A program made the position numbers and the translations under genes. Shown in pieces: positions 49,010 to 58,630 of a stretch of DNA of 64,000 bases (position 1 is its first letter; every line of letters begins with the position of its first letter). Origin of the DNA: Pseudomonadota bacterium (lineage in GTDB: Bacteria > Bdellovibrionota > Bdellovibrionia > Bdellovibrionales > SG-bin7); the NCBI GenBank assembly GCA_034439715.1, contig JAWXAY010000029.1, forward strand, positions 1 to 64,000, given 5' to 3'. The notes under the pieces were generated by a model. The model had not been told where the DNA came from and searched no databases. It saw only the letters and a list, made by a program, of their open reading frames with translations.

Positions 49010-49873
49010 ATGGAGACAAATAAAACATTAAATGCCACACCCGTAATCCCACAGATGGTTCGCTGGTTTATTAATAACGTGAGCTTCAAGTGGGGAAATC
49101 GAATTCTCAATCGCTTACCTAAAAACATCAGAGCTACACGCGCTAAAGTAAACTACCGAGATGCCATATTTAACGTAAACACAGGCGAAGAAATCGGCCG
49201 TCGCCTTTTTTATCATGGCACCTATGAACCCCTGCAAGAGGCTGCGTTTTTATCACTCATTCAGATGGGAACAAAAATCTTCGACATTGGGGCAAATTTG
49301 GGAATTTACTCGATTTTGGCGGCTAAAGCTGGCGCTCAAGTTCACTCATTTGAGCCGTCTCGAAGAGTCCACCAGTACCTGGCAGAAAATGTAAAAGCAA
49401 ATGGATTGTCCTCAGTAATCACACTTCACCAACTCGCCGTCACAGATAGCCCTAAGCAATTATCCTTTTTTGAAGGACGTGAAGGAAACTGGGGCGTGGG
49501 CAAAGTTTTTAAATTTGGAACTTCCCAAGAAAATCTTGAAACCTATATTGTAAATGCAGACTCTTTACCAAATTTAGTTCGAAAGTTTGGCCAACCTGAC
49601 CTCATAAAAATAGATATTGAGGGCGCGGAGTGGCTTGTTATTCAAGGTGCTAAGGAAATTCTAATGAAAGCCGAGGCGCCCAATCTTCTGCTAGAAATCC
49701 ATCCTGGAGAAATTGTCACTCTAGGGGGAAGTGCCGAATCACTTGTTCGGCAAATTATTGACTATGGTTATCAGCAATACAACGTTACCGACGTCATTGG
49801 AAAAAACAATCACCTCTGGCACCTTTTTTCGAAAGCAAATATTTCAAATAAACATTTTACGCGCGCGCAATAG
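49010..49873 (+). CDS. FkbM-family methyltransferase
   Basis: DIGANLG, SFEP, KIDIEGAE, LEIHP. Start codon uncertain. Confidence 0.9.
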   Translation: METNKTLNATPVIPQMVRWFINNVSFKWGNRILNRLPKNIRATRAKVNYRDAIFNVNTGEEIGRRLFYHGTYEPLQEAAFLSLIQMGTKIFDIGANLGIYSILAAKAGAQVHSFEPSRRVHQYLAENVKANGLSSVITLHQLAVTDSPKQLSFFEGREGNWGVGKVFKFGTSQENLETYIVNADSLPNLVRKFGQPDLIKIDIEGAEWLVIQGAKEILMKAEAPNLLLEIHPGEIVTLGGSAESLVRQIIDYGYQQYNVTDVIGKNNHLWHLFSKANISNKHFTRAQ

Positions 49874-49876
49874 CCC

Positions 49877-50377
49877 TTACCTTCCCCTTTTCATCCTTGT
49901 AGCTATTTCGCGATTGATATCGCGGGTTTTAATACTTTCCCGTTTGTCTTCATGTTTTTTTCCTTTTGCGATTACGATCTCTACCTTTACCATACCTTTT
50001 TTAAAATAAATTCGGTAAGGAATACAGGTCAAACTTTTTTCTTCAACTTGTCTTTGGATTTTATCTAGCTCAATCCGATTAAGTAATAGCTTTCTTTTTC
50101 TCTCAGGTTCATGGTTGTTGTAACTACTTGCTTTGTGAACAGCAATATGGGCATTTTGCAAAAAGGCCTCATGACCCACAAAAGAAACATAGGCGTCTTT
50201 GAGTTGAACCTGACCATCACGAAGTGATTTGACCTCACTGCCACGCAAAGCAATACCGGCCTCATAGCTATCCAAAAAGCTATAGTCAAATTTAGCTTTT
50301 TTATTTATGGCGATAAGTTTTTCGCCAGATCCCTTTGGAGCCGCAGCTTTTGGAGCCGATCCCTTTGCACCCACCAC
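49877..50377 (-). CDS. smpB: SsrA-binding protein
   Basis: NKKAKFDY, EAGIAL.GSEVKSLR, RKLLL, KGKK..DKR. Confidence 0.97.
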   Translation of the reverse strand: MVGAKGSAPKAAAPKGSGEKLIAINKKAKFDYSFLDSYEAGIALRGSEVKSLRDGQVQLKDAYVSFVGHEAFLQNAHIAVHKASSYNNHEPERKRKLLLNRIELDKIQRQVEEKSLTCIPYRIYFKKGMVKVEIVIAKGKKHEDKRESIKTRDINREIATRMKRGR

Positions 50378-50381
50378 GCAA

Positions 50382-51209
50382 TTAACCCCTTACTCCATCA
50401 AGTTTTTTAAATAGCTCAATAAACTCTTGGGCATCTAACTCCTCAGCCCGCACCTTAGATGAGTGCCCTAAAGATGCAATGCCCGATAGTATTCTATCAG
50501 CGGAATCTCGCCCCGCGACAACAGCAGCTAAATTATTACACATGTACTTTCGTCGCTGCGCAAAGGCTGCCTTAACAAACTTCAAAAATCGCGCTCCGTC
50601 TACACCCGCAATAACTTTTCTACGAAAAAGCAAAACCCGCCCTGCGACTCGAGGGGGCGGAAAAAAAGAAGACGGATTGGCATCTGAGATTTTTTCTGAC
50701 GTCCACGCCGACTGAGAAATCACACTCAGCAGACCATAATCACTTGTGCGTTTTTTTGCCTGAATTCTCTGTCCCACTTCTTTTTGAAACATTAAAACCA
50801 TTTCTTTAATCGGCGTTACTGTCGTCGATAGATCTACCAACAAGGTTGAAGAAATTTCGAATGGTAAGTTACTCACCAGAGTAATCAATGCACCCTGGGA
50901 TACCTTTGACCAATCCACTTTGAGCGCGTCGTTATCGATCACATTAAACTTTTGCTTTCGCCAATAACCTACTAAATCGCGGTCAAGCTCGACCAAAATA
51001 AGGGGACACTTGAACTCACCGAGCGGGCGCGTGAGAGAACCTAAGCCCGGGCCAATTTCGACTAAAAACTCTGGATTCAAAAGACCTACGGTTTTAATAA
51101 TTTTTTCGACGACAGCCTCATTAATTAAATAACTCTGGCCAAAAGATTTTTTTGGTTTCGTTTCAATTTCGGCCATTAGGGCCTTCATGTCTGCAATATT
51201 CTTTAGCAA
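50382..51209 (-). CDS. rsmA: 16S rRNA m6,2A dimethyltransferase
   Basis: KKSFGQ, EIGPGLG, NLPF, MFQKEV, FAQRRK, RAEEL. Confidence 0.96.
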   Translation of the reverse strand: MLKNIADMKALMAEIETKPKKSFGQSYLINEAVVEKIIKTVGLLNPEFLVEIGPGLGSLTRPLGEFKCPLILVELDRDLVGYWRKQKFNVIDNDALKVDWSKVSQGALITLVSNLPFEISSTLLVDLSTTVTPIKEMVLMFQKEVGQRIQAKKRTSDYGLLSVISQSAWTSEKISDANPSSFFPPPRVAGRVLLFRRKVIAGVDGARFLKFVKAAFAQRRKYMCNNLAAVVAGRDSADRILSGIASLGHSSKVRAEELDAQEFIELFKKLDGVRG

Positions 51210-52246
51210 AAATCCCCCTCGAAAGACCTGGCACTAGGACCCAAGGATTGCGGCGAGGCTAGACCTAAGGCAAGTCGTCTCATTCCAACATAACCAATCA
51301 TTGCAGCGTTATCCGTGCAATAACGCATTGGGGGCAACACCAACAATAAGCCCGCAGCATCGGCCCATTCCTTTGCCTTAAAGCGAAGTCGCGAGTTGGC
51401 ACTCACTCCGCCACTAATGATCACTTGCTTCAATTTTGTTTTTTCTTGCGCAAATTTGAGCTTGTTAATTAGTTGATCTACAATGGCTTCTTGAAAACTG
51501 GCGCATAAATCGTTGAGCCTTAGGTCGCGCTCTTTCTCGGGCATCTTGTTAAGAAAATCTTGCGCAAAAGTTTTTAGACCAGAGAAACTAAAATTGAGAT
51601 TACCTTTTTGCGTTAGTGCACGTGGAAAGTTAAAAGCATCGACATGCCCCGACTTTGCTGCCGTGTCAACTTTGGCACCGCCAGGAAAACCTAATCCCAC
51701 CTTAATTGCAAACTTATCAAAGGCCTCTCCGGCTGCATCGTCAAGAGTCGCACCTATCGCCTTATATTTACCGAATTCAAGGGCTTCGTATATCGTAGTG
51801 TGTCCACCACTCACAACTAGACCTAAGAACGGGAAGCCAAACCCTTCGGGCGGCGATGTTTTAGCATCTCGTAAAAAAGGTGCGAGCAGATGTCCTTCGA
51901 GATGATTTACTCCGACAAAGGGAATTTTATTTACCAGCGCCAACATTTTAGCAGTCATAACTCCCACCAACAACGATCCTAATAGGCCTGGCCGACTAGT
52001 CACAGCGATTCCGCTTATATTGGCCCAATTTTTACCACTCTCACGAAAAACATTTTCGACCAATGGTAAAACAGCAATCGTGTGATTGCGACTCGCAATT
52101 TCGGGCACAATACCACCAAAAACTCGGTGCTTGTCATCTTGACTGGCCGAGAACTGCGCCAATACAAAACCCGTATTGTCTACCAGCGCGATGGACGTAT
52201 CATCACAACTGGTCTCAATAGCGAGAATAAGATTTTTATTATTCAT
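51203..52246 (-). CDS. tsaD: tRNA threonylcarbamoyladenosine transferase
   Basis: IETSCDDT, HLEGH, SGGHT, DDAAGEAFDK, FSFSGLKT, TDNAAMI. Confidence 0.98.
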   Translation of the reverse strand: MNNKNLILAIETSCDDTSIALVDNTGFVLAQFSASQDDKHRVFGGIVPEIASRNHTIAVLPLVENVFRESGKNWANISGIAVTSRPGLLGSLLVGVMTAKMLALVNKIPFVGVNHLEGHLLAPFLRDAKTSPPEGFGFPFLGLVVSGGHTTIYEALEFGKYKAIGATLDDAAGEAFDKFAIKVGLGFPGGAKVDTAAKSGHVDAFNFPRALTQKGNLNFSFSGLKTFAQDFLNKMPEKERDLRLNDLCASFQEAIVDQLINKLKFAQEKTKLKQVIISGGVSANSRLRFKAKEWADAAGLLLVLPPMRYCTDNAAMIGYVGMRRLALGLASPQSLGPSARSFEGDFC

Positions 52247-52256
52247 TAGTAAAATC

Positions 52257-52988
52257 CTATTTGATGGATTTTAGCTGCGCTTGAGCTTTCTTAGAAAACG
52301 GAGAATTCGGAAAGCGATTTGAGACTTCTTCGTAAAACGATTTTGCTTGATTCGCCTTACCCAATTGTTGAAAGGCATAACCGATTTTATAAGTGGCCTC
52401 AGAATAATATTTGCCATTTGGGTTTTGGTCTCGGTAGTCCATGTAACTTATGACTGCCTCACCCCAGGCTTTTTTATTATAATGCTCTTCGCCAGTCGTG
52501 TACGGTCCCTTACTCGAGGTTTTAGTGGGCGCACTATCGCCTGAGCTAGACTTAGAAGTTTTTTTCTCTGTCATTTTTTCTTGCGCTGCTATTTGACTTC
52601 TTAAGTCTTGCATCTCTGTAATCATTGCATCCATTTTTTGATTCAGGTTTAATGACGCTTCTTCGAGAGTTTTAAGCCGAACACTGTATTCACCAATTCG
52701 CTGATCATTTATTTTACTTTGCCCAAGCATGTTGCGATCAAGACTTGTCATGCGAGCCTCAAGAGTCTCGATTCGACCATTATAGCGCAATGTCTCTGTT
52801 TGCAGCTCCTGCAAACGAGATTGCGAGTCGGCCCGATTTTCTTGAAGATTTTTTACTTGATCTTGAAATACCTTTTTTTCTTCTTGCTGTTGCACTTGAT
52901 TGCGTGTTTGCAAACAGCCACCCAAAGAAAAGACAGAACCTATAACCAAGGCTACAAATGTCCATGAAGCAACTTTCGTCATCATCAA
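52257..52988 (-). CDS. cpoB: Tol-Pal-associated coiled-coil/TPR lipoprotein (CpoB/YbgF)
   Basis: Lipobox LGGC, long coiled coil, C-terminal TPR (ATYKIG...FPNS); downstream of pal. Confidence 0.8.
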   Translation of the reverse strand: MMMTKVASWTFVALVIGSVFSLGGCLQTRNQVQQQEEKKVFQDQVKNLQENRADSQSRLQELQTETLRYNGRIETLEARMTSLDRNMLGQSKINDQRIGEYSVRLKTLEEASLNLNQKMDAMITEMQDLRSQIAAQEKMTEKKTSKSSSGDSAPTKTSSKGPYTTGEEHYNKKAWGEAVISYMDYRDQNPNGKYYSEATYKIGYAFQQLGKANQAKSFYEEVSNRFPNSPFSKKAQAQLKSIK

Positions 52989-53332
52989 AACACCTCTCCG
53001 GATCGTAGTCGTTTAAGCCGAGCAGAGTTCTCTGCTTTTTCAGCGTAAACTCTAGCTTTTATAAAAAATGCCTTGGCCTCGGAGAAATGTTTTTCTTCGA
53101 AGCCGTCTTGTGCCAGCTTATAGGAAGTGAGACATTTATTCCAATACCCCGTCGCAAACTTGCTTGCACCCGCATTTTTTGCAGACTCTATAGCAATTGA
53201 AGCCAATGCGTAGTCTTCATGAGGGGGAGCACCTACGCACCCTAAATTTAAGACAACAAAAAAAAATAATACTAAATTAGTTCGGCAGCGGAACAAAGTT
53301 AGCTCGGCGATTTTTGGCGAATGCGGAATCAT
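52985..53332 (-). CDS. DUF4398-like small helical lipoprotein
   Basis: LGC lipobox; A..AGA..FA...A..AEKAE pattern. The true start may be TTG 53296. Confidence 0.7.
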   Translation of the reverse strand: MIPHSPKIAELTLFRCRTNLVLFFFVVLNLGCVGAPPHEDYALASIAIESAKNAGASKFATGYWNKCLTSYKLAQDGFEEKHFSEAKAFFIKARVYAEKAENSARLKRLRSGEVF

Positions 53333-53786
53333 TATCGCCTTTGTCGAGAGGTTTCTCTTTTCCGTAGCTAATAATTCTTAGTCGACTTCCGTCAACGCCC
53401 AAACCCGCCAGAAAGTCTTTGGTGACCTTCGCTCGGCGCTCGCCTAAGGCAAAATTATATTCTACAGATCCGCGCTCATCACAATGACCTTCAATTTGAA
53501 TAACAGAATTAGGATTTTTTTTGATCCAGTCTGCGTTCTTGCTCAAAAGTTCCTTACCCTGTTTTGTTATATTAGATTGATCGTAATCGAATGTGATTGT
53601 GTAAAGCCCACCTACACCGGCGTCACTTCCACCAGGGTTAAAATCCATATTCTGTTTAGAAACACTGGGGTCTTCTAAACCAGCTCCGCCTGCACCAGCT
53701 CCCGCTTCATCGGCGTTTTTGGGTTTTGAGGAACAGCTATTAACTAGTACGCCCACAAATAAAACTAAAAGTGCTTTTTTAAACAT
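53277..53786 (-). CDS. pal: Peptidoglycan-associated lipoprotein
   Basis: AGGAG RBS, VNSC lipobox, FDYD, EGHCDERGS.EYN..LGERRA, SYGKEKP, NRRA. Confidence 0.96.
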   Translation of the reverse strand: MFKKALLVLFVGVLVNSCSSKPKNADEAGAGAGGAGLEDPSVSKQNMDFNPGGSDAGVGGLYTITFDYDQSNITKQGKELLSKNADWIKKNPNSVIQIEGHCDERGSVEYNFALGERRAKVTKDFLAGLGVDGSRLRIISYGKEKPLDKGDNDSAFAKNRRANFVPLPN

Positions 53787-53896
53787 TGTTAGACTCCTTA
53801 TTTTTATCAACAATTTATTGTTAACTTGCATTGGGGCTATGTCAAATAGTTGATTTCAACAATTTATTTTGAATTTTTTTAGAAACATGCTGCAAT

Positions 53897-56815
53897 ATGA
53901 AAATGAAAAAAACCCATATAAGTCTATTTTTAGCCTTAGCCCTATTATTTTTCTTAAATATTATTAGTTGTTCTTTGGGAGCTCTAGCCTATTTTGACCC
54001 TAAAATTGATTGGAAGGTCACAAAAACTAAGCATTTTGACATCATTTATGATGCAAACCAACAAGAGCTGTCTAATCTTTATGCAAATTATGCCGAATCC
54101 GCACTTCAGATTCTGCGTCCAATTTTTAAGGACGTACCCGATAAAATTATTCTCATTATCAATGATCAAACTGACCAGGCAAATGGCGCAGCCACCAGAA
54201 TTCCCTATCCTCATATTATTGCTCACCCCGTTTTGCCTGATAACAGAGAAACTATTGGCGAATACGGTAACTGGGGATTTGAATTGGTTCTTCACGAACT
54301 CACCCACATTTTAACATTTGAGCCAGTGGGGGGTATTTTTAAAGGATTGCGCTACGTATTTGGCTCTATCAGCAGTCCCAATTTATTATTACCACGCTGG
54401 TACCACGAAGGTTTAGCCGTAAAGATGGAGTCCGATCTCACCTCTCATGGTCGACTGCGTTCTCCCCAGCTTGATGCAGAAATTCGTGCGCTGGTCGAAG
54501 AAGACGTCCTCGAATTGGAAAACATTGCTAGCGCCAATGAAACAGGAATTATTGAGTGGCCATTTGGTCAAAGACCCTATCTTTTTGGCTCGCTTTTATG
54601 GCACAAGATGGTGCAAGAAAAGGGCCTCGACATTGTTTCAAAACTCAACCAACGTTATGGGCGTAGGGTTCCCTTTCTGCTGGAGTCTCCCTTCAAAGAA
54701 CATTTTGACTCCTATTACAATGATCTTTTACTTGTCGCCTTTGATGATGTCGAAGAAATCGCAAAATCCCAAATTGAAAAAATAAAAAAGGGAAATACTC
54801 TGAAGGCCGAAGAGTTAGACACCGAAGGTCTTGTGTCGCACTTTCCAGTGCTGAGTCCTAAGGGTGATCATTTAGCTTTTTTGACTCGTGGGCATAACTG
54901 GAATAGCGAGATAGTGATTCTGAATCGCCAAAAAAATAAAAATTCAAAAAAAGAAGATAGCCATGACGCTGAGTTTTCGATCGTAGACCCATTAGGTTCA
55001 GGTAAAGATCGAGAAGGTGTAGTCGATCGCTTAGAGTGGCACCCGTCAGGTAACAAAATAATCTACGACAAGTCAGGTTCTGAATTTAACCGATATTATA
55101 TTTATTCTGACCTTTATGAACGTGATTTGAGTGATTTTAAAAAAGAAAAACGCCTTACTGAAGGCATGCGCGCCAAAGAAGCCGCTTATTCGCTTGACGG
55201 AAAATCGATCGTCTATGTGCAAATTTCTCCGGGCAGTACGGCGATAGGCCACTTAGATAGTTCAGGAAAAAACAAAACTATTCTCTATGCGCCGCCCCTG
55301 CAGTACCGTGTTTCACAGCCTTCGTTTCTCAGCGAGCACCTCATTGTTTTTTCTGAACGAAATACTGAGGGCAAAGAAGTCTTAATCACCTTTGATTTAA
55401 GATCCAAAAAAAGTGTTAAAATTCTAGAGAACTACTCGCCGGCTTACTCACCGCGCCCCACCCATTTGGGAGTCATGTTTGTTTCTTCGACATCAGGAGT
55501 GCCCAATCTTTATTTGGCCAGTCGTGATTTGAAATCGGCTCGCCCGATTACCAACGTCACCACAGGTATCGTAAATGGGGATGTTGATCGTCGTTCGGAT
55601 TTGCTCTATTTAGAAATGATGACGGGGCATGGTCCCCAAATTATGGTTTCTGAAAATGGCACTGCTGAAAAAGTCAATCCACCGAAAATTGAGCGTATCA
55701 ACACCCTGCCGCCGCCGCCAAAAGTAAATCTCAATGAAAAACTTGAAGCAACCACCAAAAACTATTCGGCATTTCCTTATATCTTGCCACGCTTTTGGAT
55801 CCCGATGGTGTCTTTTCTGCAAGGAGGTGGCGTAATTTATGAGGCCACAACTTTTCACTTCGATCCACTTCAAAAGCACAGCTATTCGTTGTTAGGTACC
55901 TATAATTCGCTGACCTCACTGGGCGGGGGTTATTTTACCTACACCAATCAACAGACGATTTTTCCGACGACGGTTTATGCGTCACGATTTAACGATTATT
56001 TTGTGGGCCTTGACGAATCTCGCACAAATGAAACAGCGGGAATTCTGCTAGGTTCCAATCTCTATAAAACATCTAAGGCCTGGAAGATGGGACTCGGATG
56101 GACCTACAGCAAACGTGAGGTTTTAGATATCACCTTCTATCGTGTCGGCCCGAGTGTAGGCTTTGGCTATGATAGTACGTCACAAAAGGGTCACGAGATT
56201 TCTCCAGAAAAGGGGCAGAAAGCGTCACTGGGCTATACACATTACCTTTCGCCGAAATTAGGCGATGGCCGACTTGATTATGAACAATATGATGGTGAAT
56301 ACAGCTTGTTTTTTTCTAAATGGTTGCCCGAGCGGCAAGTCGTTTACTTTCACACCAAAGGAACCTGGGGAAATTTTGACAGCCCCTTGTTAGTGGGCTC
56401 CACCACCAGTAGCGCAGCTTTTCAAACGACGCTCATTACAGGTGATTTTTTAATGCGTGGTTATCCATCGGGATCCTTTTTAGGAACAAAAATGTGGGGC
56501 GGAAACATTGAGTATCGCTTTCCCGTTTCAACTATTAACCGCGGCGCCGATACAACGCCTTTTTTTGCTAAGCGAACACACGGTCGAGTTTTTGTCGATG
56601 GTATTGCCACCAAAGGCCTCTATTATAATTTTACCGAAGAAAGCTATAAAACTAGCAAAATGAAAGATTGGTACTTTTCGGTCGGTGGTGAGCTTCATTT
56701 AGAAACTACACTTGGTTATGCACTGCCAATAACCTTCTATGCGGGCTTATATTATGGACTTTATACGCCTGTTTCGGGTGGAGATGTGGCTCCATTTATC
56801 GGAATAGCACTGTAG
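53897..56815 (+). CDS. Gluzincin peptidase + PD40 propeller + Omp85-type beta-barrel fusion
   Basis: Signal peptide; HELTH...WYHEGLA; SPKGD and SLDGK blades; barrel with MRGYP, EYRFP, FVD. Confidence 0.8.
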   Translation: MKMKKTHISLFLALALLFFLNIISCSLGALAYFDPKIDWKVTKTKHFDIIYDANQQELSNLYANYAESALQILRPIFKDVPDKIILIINDQTDQANGAATRIPYPHIIAHPVLPDNRETIGEYGNWGFELVLHELTHILTFEPVGGIFKGLRYVFGSISSPNLLLPRWYHEGLAVKMESDLTSHGRLRSPQLDAEIRALVEEDVLELENIASANETGIIEWPFGQRPYLFGSLLWHKMVQEKGLDIVSKLNQRYGRRVPFLLESPFKEHFDSYYNDLLLVAFDDVEEIAKSQIEKIKKGNTLKAEELDTEGLVSHFPVLSPKGDHLAFLTRGHNWNSEIVILNRQKNKNSKKEDSHDAEFSIVDPLGSGKDREGVVDRLEWHPSGNKIIYDKSGSEFNRYYIYSDLYERDLSDFKKEKRLTEGMRAKEAAYSLDGKSIVYVQISPGSTAIGHLDSSGKNKTILYAPPLQYRVSQPSFLSEHLIVFSERNTEGKEVLITFDLRSKKSVKILENYSPAYSPRPTHLGVMFVSSTSGVPNLYLASRDLKSARPITNVTTGIVNGDVDRRSDLLYLEMMTGHGPQIMVSENGTAEKVNPPKIERINTLPPPPKVNLNEKLEATTKNYSAFPYILPRFWIPMVSFLQGGGVIYEATTFHFDPLQKHSYSLLGTYNSLTSLGGGYFTYTNQQTIFPTTVYASRFNDYFVGLDESRTNETAGILLGSNLYKTSKAWKMGLGWTYSKREVLDITFYRVGPSVGFGYDSTSQKGHEISPEKGQKASLGYTHYLSPKLGDGRLDYEQYDGEYSLFFSKWLPERQVVYFHTKGTWGNFDSPLLVGSTTSSAAFQTTLITGDFLMRGYPSGSFLGTKMWGGNIEYRFPVSTINRGADTTPFFAKRTHGRVFVDGIATKGLYYNFTEESYKTSKMKDWYFSVGGELHLETTLGYALPITFYAGLYYGLYTPVSGGDVAPFIGIAL

Positions 56816-56867
56816 TCTTGACATATGCCATGGGGTCTAGCCAATAATGGAGTATGGAGGGTCACCT

Positions 56868-57371
56868 ATGGAAAAATTAGATTGGGTGCGCGAATTGGTT
56901 CAGGCTGAGCAGCAAATGGAAGAAAGCGGCGTTGTCGATTTTAATTCCGTCCACAGCGATGAATTAAACCTCAAAGATGAAACAGTTTCTTTTTTAAAAG
57001 ACCTGAAAAATGTTTTTATAGAATATGTATCTGAGTTCAACCAACTTAAAGGTAGCCAAATTGGTCGTGTAAAAATTTATGGTATCTCACAAACCGACGC
57101 CGACTTTATGCTTTTTAGAAATGGCTTTAAACTCATATTTACCATGCGTGAACCCGGACGCGTTGCAATTATTTTTTCGTTTTTGGCGACTTCGTTTTTA
57201 GGCTTAAACAAAGCTTCTGAAACCCCTGCCACCACCCTACAAGAAGAAATGTTGGAAGCTCAAGTTGGGGCGTTTTTAAAAGTCAGCTGGTCGTATCAGG
57301 GCCAGCCATTTAACACAGACAACATGGTTCGCTACTACCTGACTCGATTCATCAAAGAATCGGCTAGATAA
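56868..57371 (+). CDS. Conserved-looking hypothetical protein
   Basis: GGAGG RBS before ATG 56868. Confidence 0.8.
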   Translation: MEKLDWVRELVQAEQQMEESGVVDFNSVHSDELNLKDETVSFLKDLKNVFIEYVSEFNQLKGSQIGRVKIYGISQTDADFMLFRNGFKLIFTMREPGRVAIIFSFLATSFLGLNKASETPATTLQEEMLEAQVGAFLKVSWSYQGQPFNTDNMVRYYLTRFIKESAR

Positions 57372-57466
57372 AAAAACACGGACTAAGATTTCAAAGTTTC
57401 GTAACGCCTTTTGGCGTAGAAAACTAGACTTGTGTTTATACCTAATTTACCCGATAAAATAGGTAT

Positions 57467-58630
57467 ATGTACGAGAGACTTCTTAACCCATTAAAAACGC
57501 GAAGTTTTTTTCTGTTCGGACCTCGGGGAGTTGGTAAATCCACTCTTCTGAAAGGTTTTTTTCAAACCAGCGAAATTGGTCTGTGGTTGGACTTGCTGGA
57601 CGAAGAATTAAATCGGCGATTACTTCTGCATCCAAAAGAAATTGAGGCAGCAACAAAAACGCTAAAAAAAGGCTCCTGGGTTGTTATTGATGAAGTACAA
57701 AAAGCACCTGGTCTTCTTAATTACGTGCAAAGGCTAATAGAATCACAGGGCCTCAAGTTCGCCCTTACTGGTTCGAGTGCACGTAAACTAAAACGGGAAT
57801 CAGCAAATCTTCTTGGCGGACGCGCACATGCGTACAGCCTTATGACATTAAGTTGCAATGAGCTTGGTGATGACTTTGAATTAAAGAAAGCTCTTGAATT
57901 CGGACTCTTACCTACAATCTGGACCGATCAGGTCATAGAATCACAAAAAGATTATTTGCGTGGGTATGTGAATAACTACATTCGACAGGAAATAAAAGAG
58001 GAGCAGGTTGTACGAAAGCTAGAGCCCTTCTTATATTTTCTAGAAGCAGCGGCACAAATGAACACTGAGCCGATTAACTTTACTAAAATGGCGCGTGATG
58101 CGGGCGTAGACAATAAAGCAATTGAACGTTATTACGAAATTTTAGTGGACACATGGCTTGGCTTTTTTCTGTTACCCTACGATAGATCGATTCGTAAACA
58201 GCAATTGCAAAGAAGCAAATTTTATTTTTTTGACAACGGAGTTTGTCGAACTCTGGCGCAGACCTTGAACGTTCCGCTCTTCACCTCTACCTCAGATTTT
58301 GGCAAGGCATTCGAACATTTTATTGTGCTCGAAATTCACAAACAAAATATTTACCTCAAGAAGGATTTTCGTTTAAGCTACTTGCGTACAAAAGATGACC
58401 TTGAGATCGATCTTGTGATCAAAACTCCACGTGGTAAAATTCTATTAGTTGAAATAAAAAGCACGACAAGTGTCGATACACAAAGTATGGCTTCAAAGGT
58501 CAGGCTCAAAAAAGATTTAAAAGCTGAGGCGTTATGGATCTTCTCACAGGACCCCGTCCGCCGTGATTACGAAGAATTCACTGTTTGGCCATGGCAAGAG
58601 GGCTTAAGACAACTTGCTAAAATGCTTTAA
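57467..58630 (+). CDS. AAA_14 ATPase with DUF4143 / PD-(D/E)XK-like C-terminus
   Basis: GPRGVGKST, IDEVQK, TGSSARKL, KFYFFDNG, EIDLV...VEIKS. Confidence 0.9.
   Translation: MYERLLNPLKTRSFFLFGPRGVGKSTLLKGFFQTSEIGLWLDLLDEELNRRLLLHPKEIEAATKTLKKGSWVVIDEVQKAPGLLNYVQRLIESQGLKFALTGSSARKLKRESANLLGGRAHAYSLMTLSCNELGDDFELKKALEFGLLPTIWTDQVIESQKDYLRGYVNNYIRQEIKEEQVVRKLEPFLYFLEAAAQMNTEPINFTKMARDAGVDNKAIERYYEILVDTWLGFFLLPYDRSIRKQQLQRSKFYFFDNGVCRTLAQTLNVPLFTSTSDFGKAFEHFIVLEIHKQNIYLKKDFRLSYLRTKDDLEIDLVIKTPRGKILLVEIKSTTSVDTQSMASKVRLKKDLKAEALWIFSQDPVRRDYEEFTVWPWQEGLRQLAKML

Noticed and set aside
49874..50381. tmRNA near smpB
   Set aside because: No intergenic space and no tRNA-like ends.
57404..57417. Hairpin ACGCC-TTTT-GGCGT as a terminator
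   Set aside because: 5-bp stem with no adjacent U-tract on the + strand.
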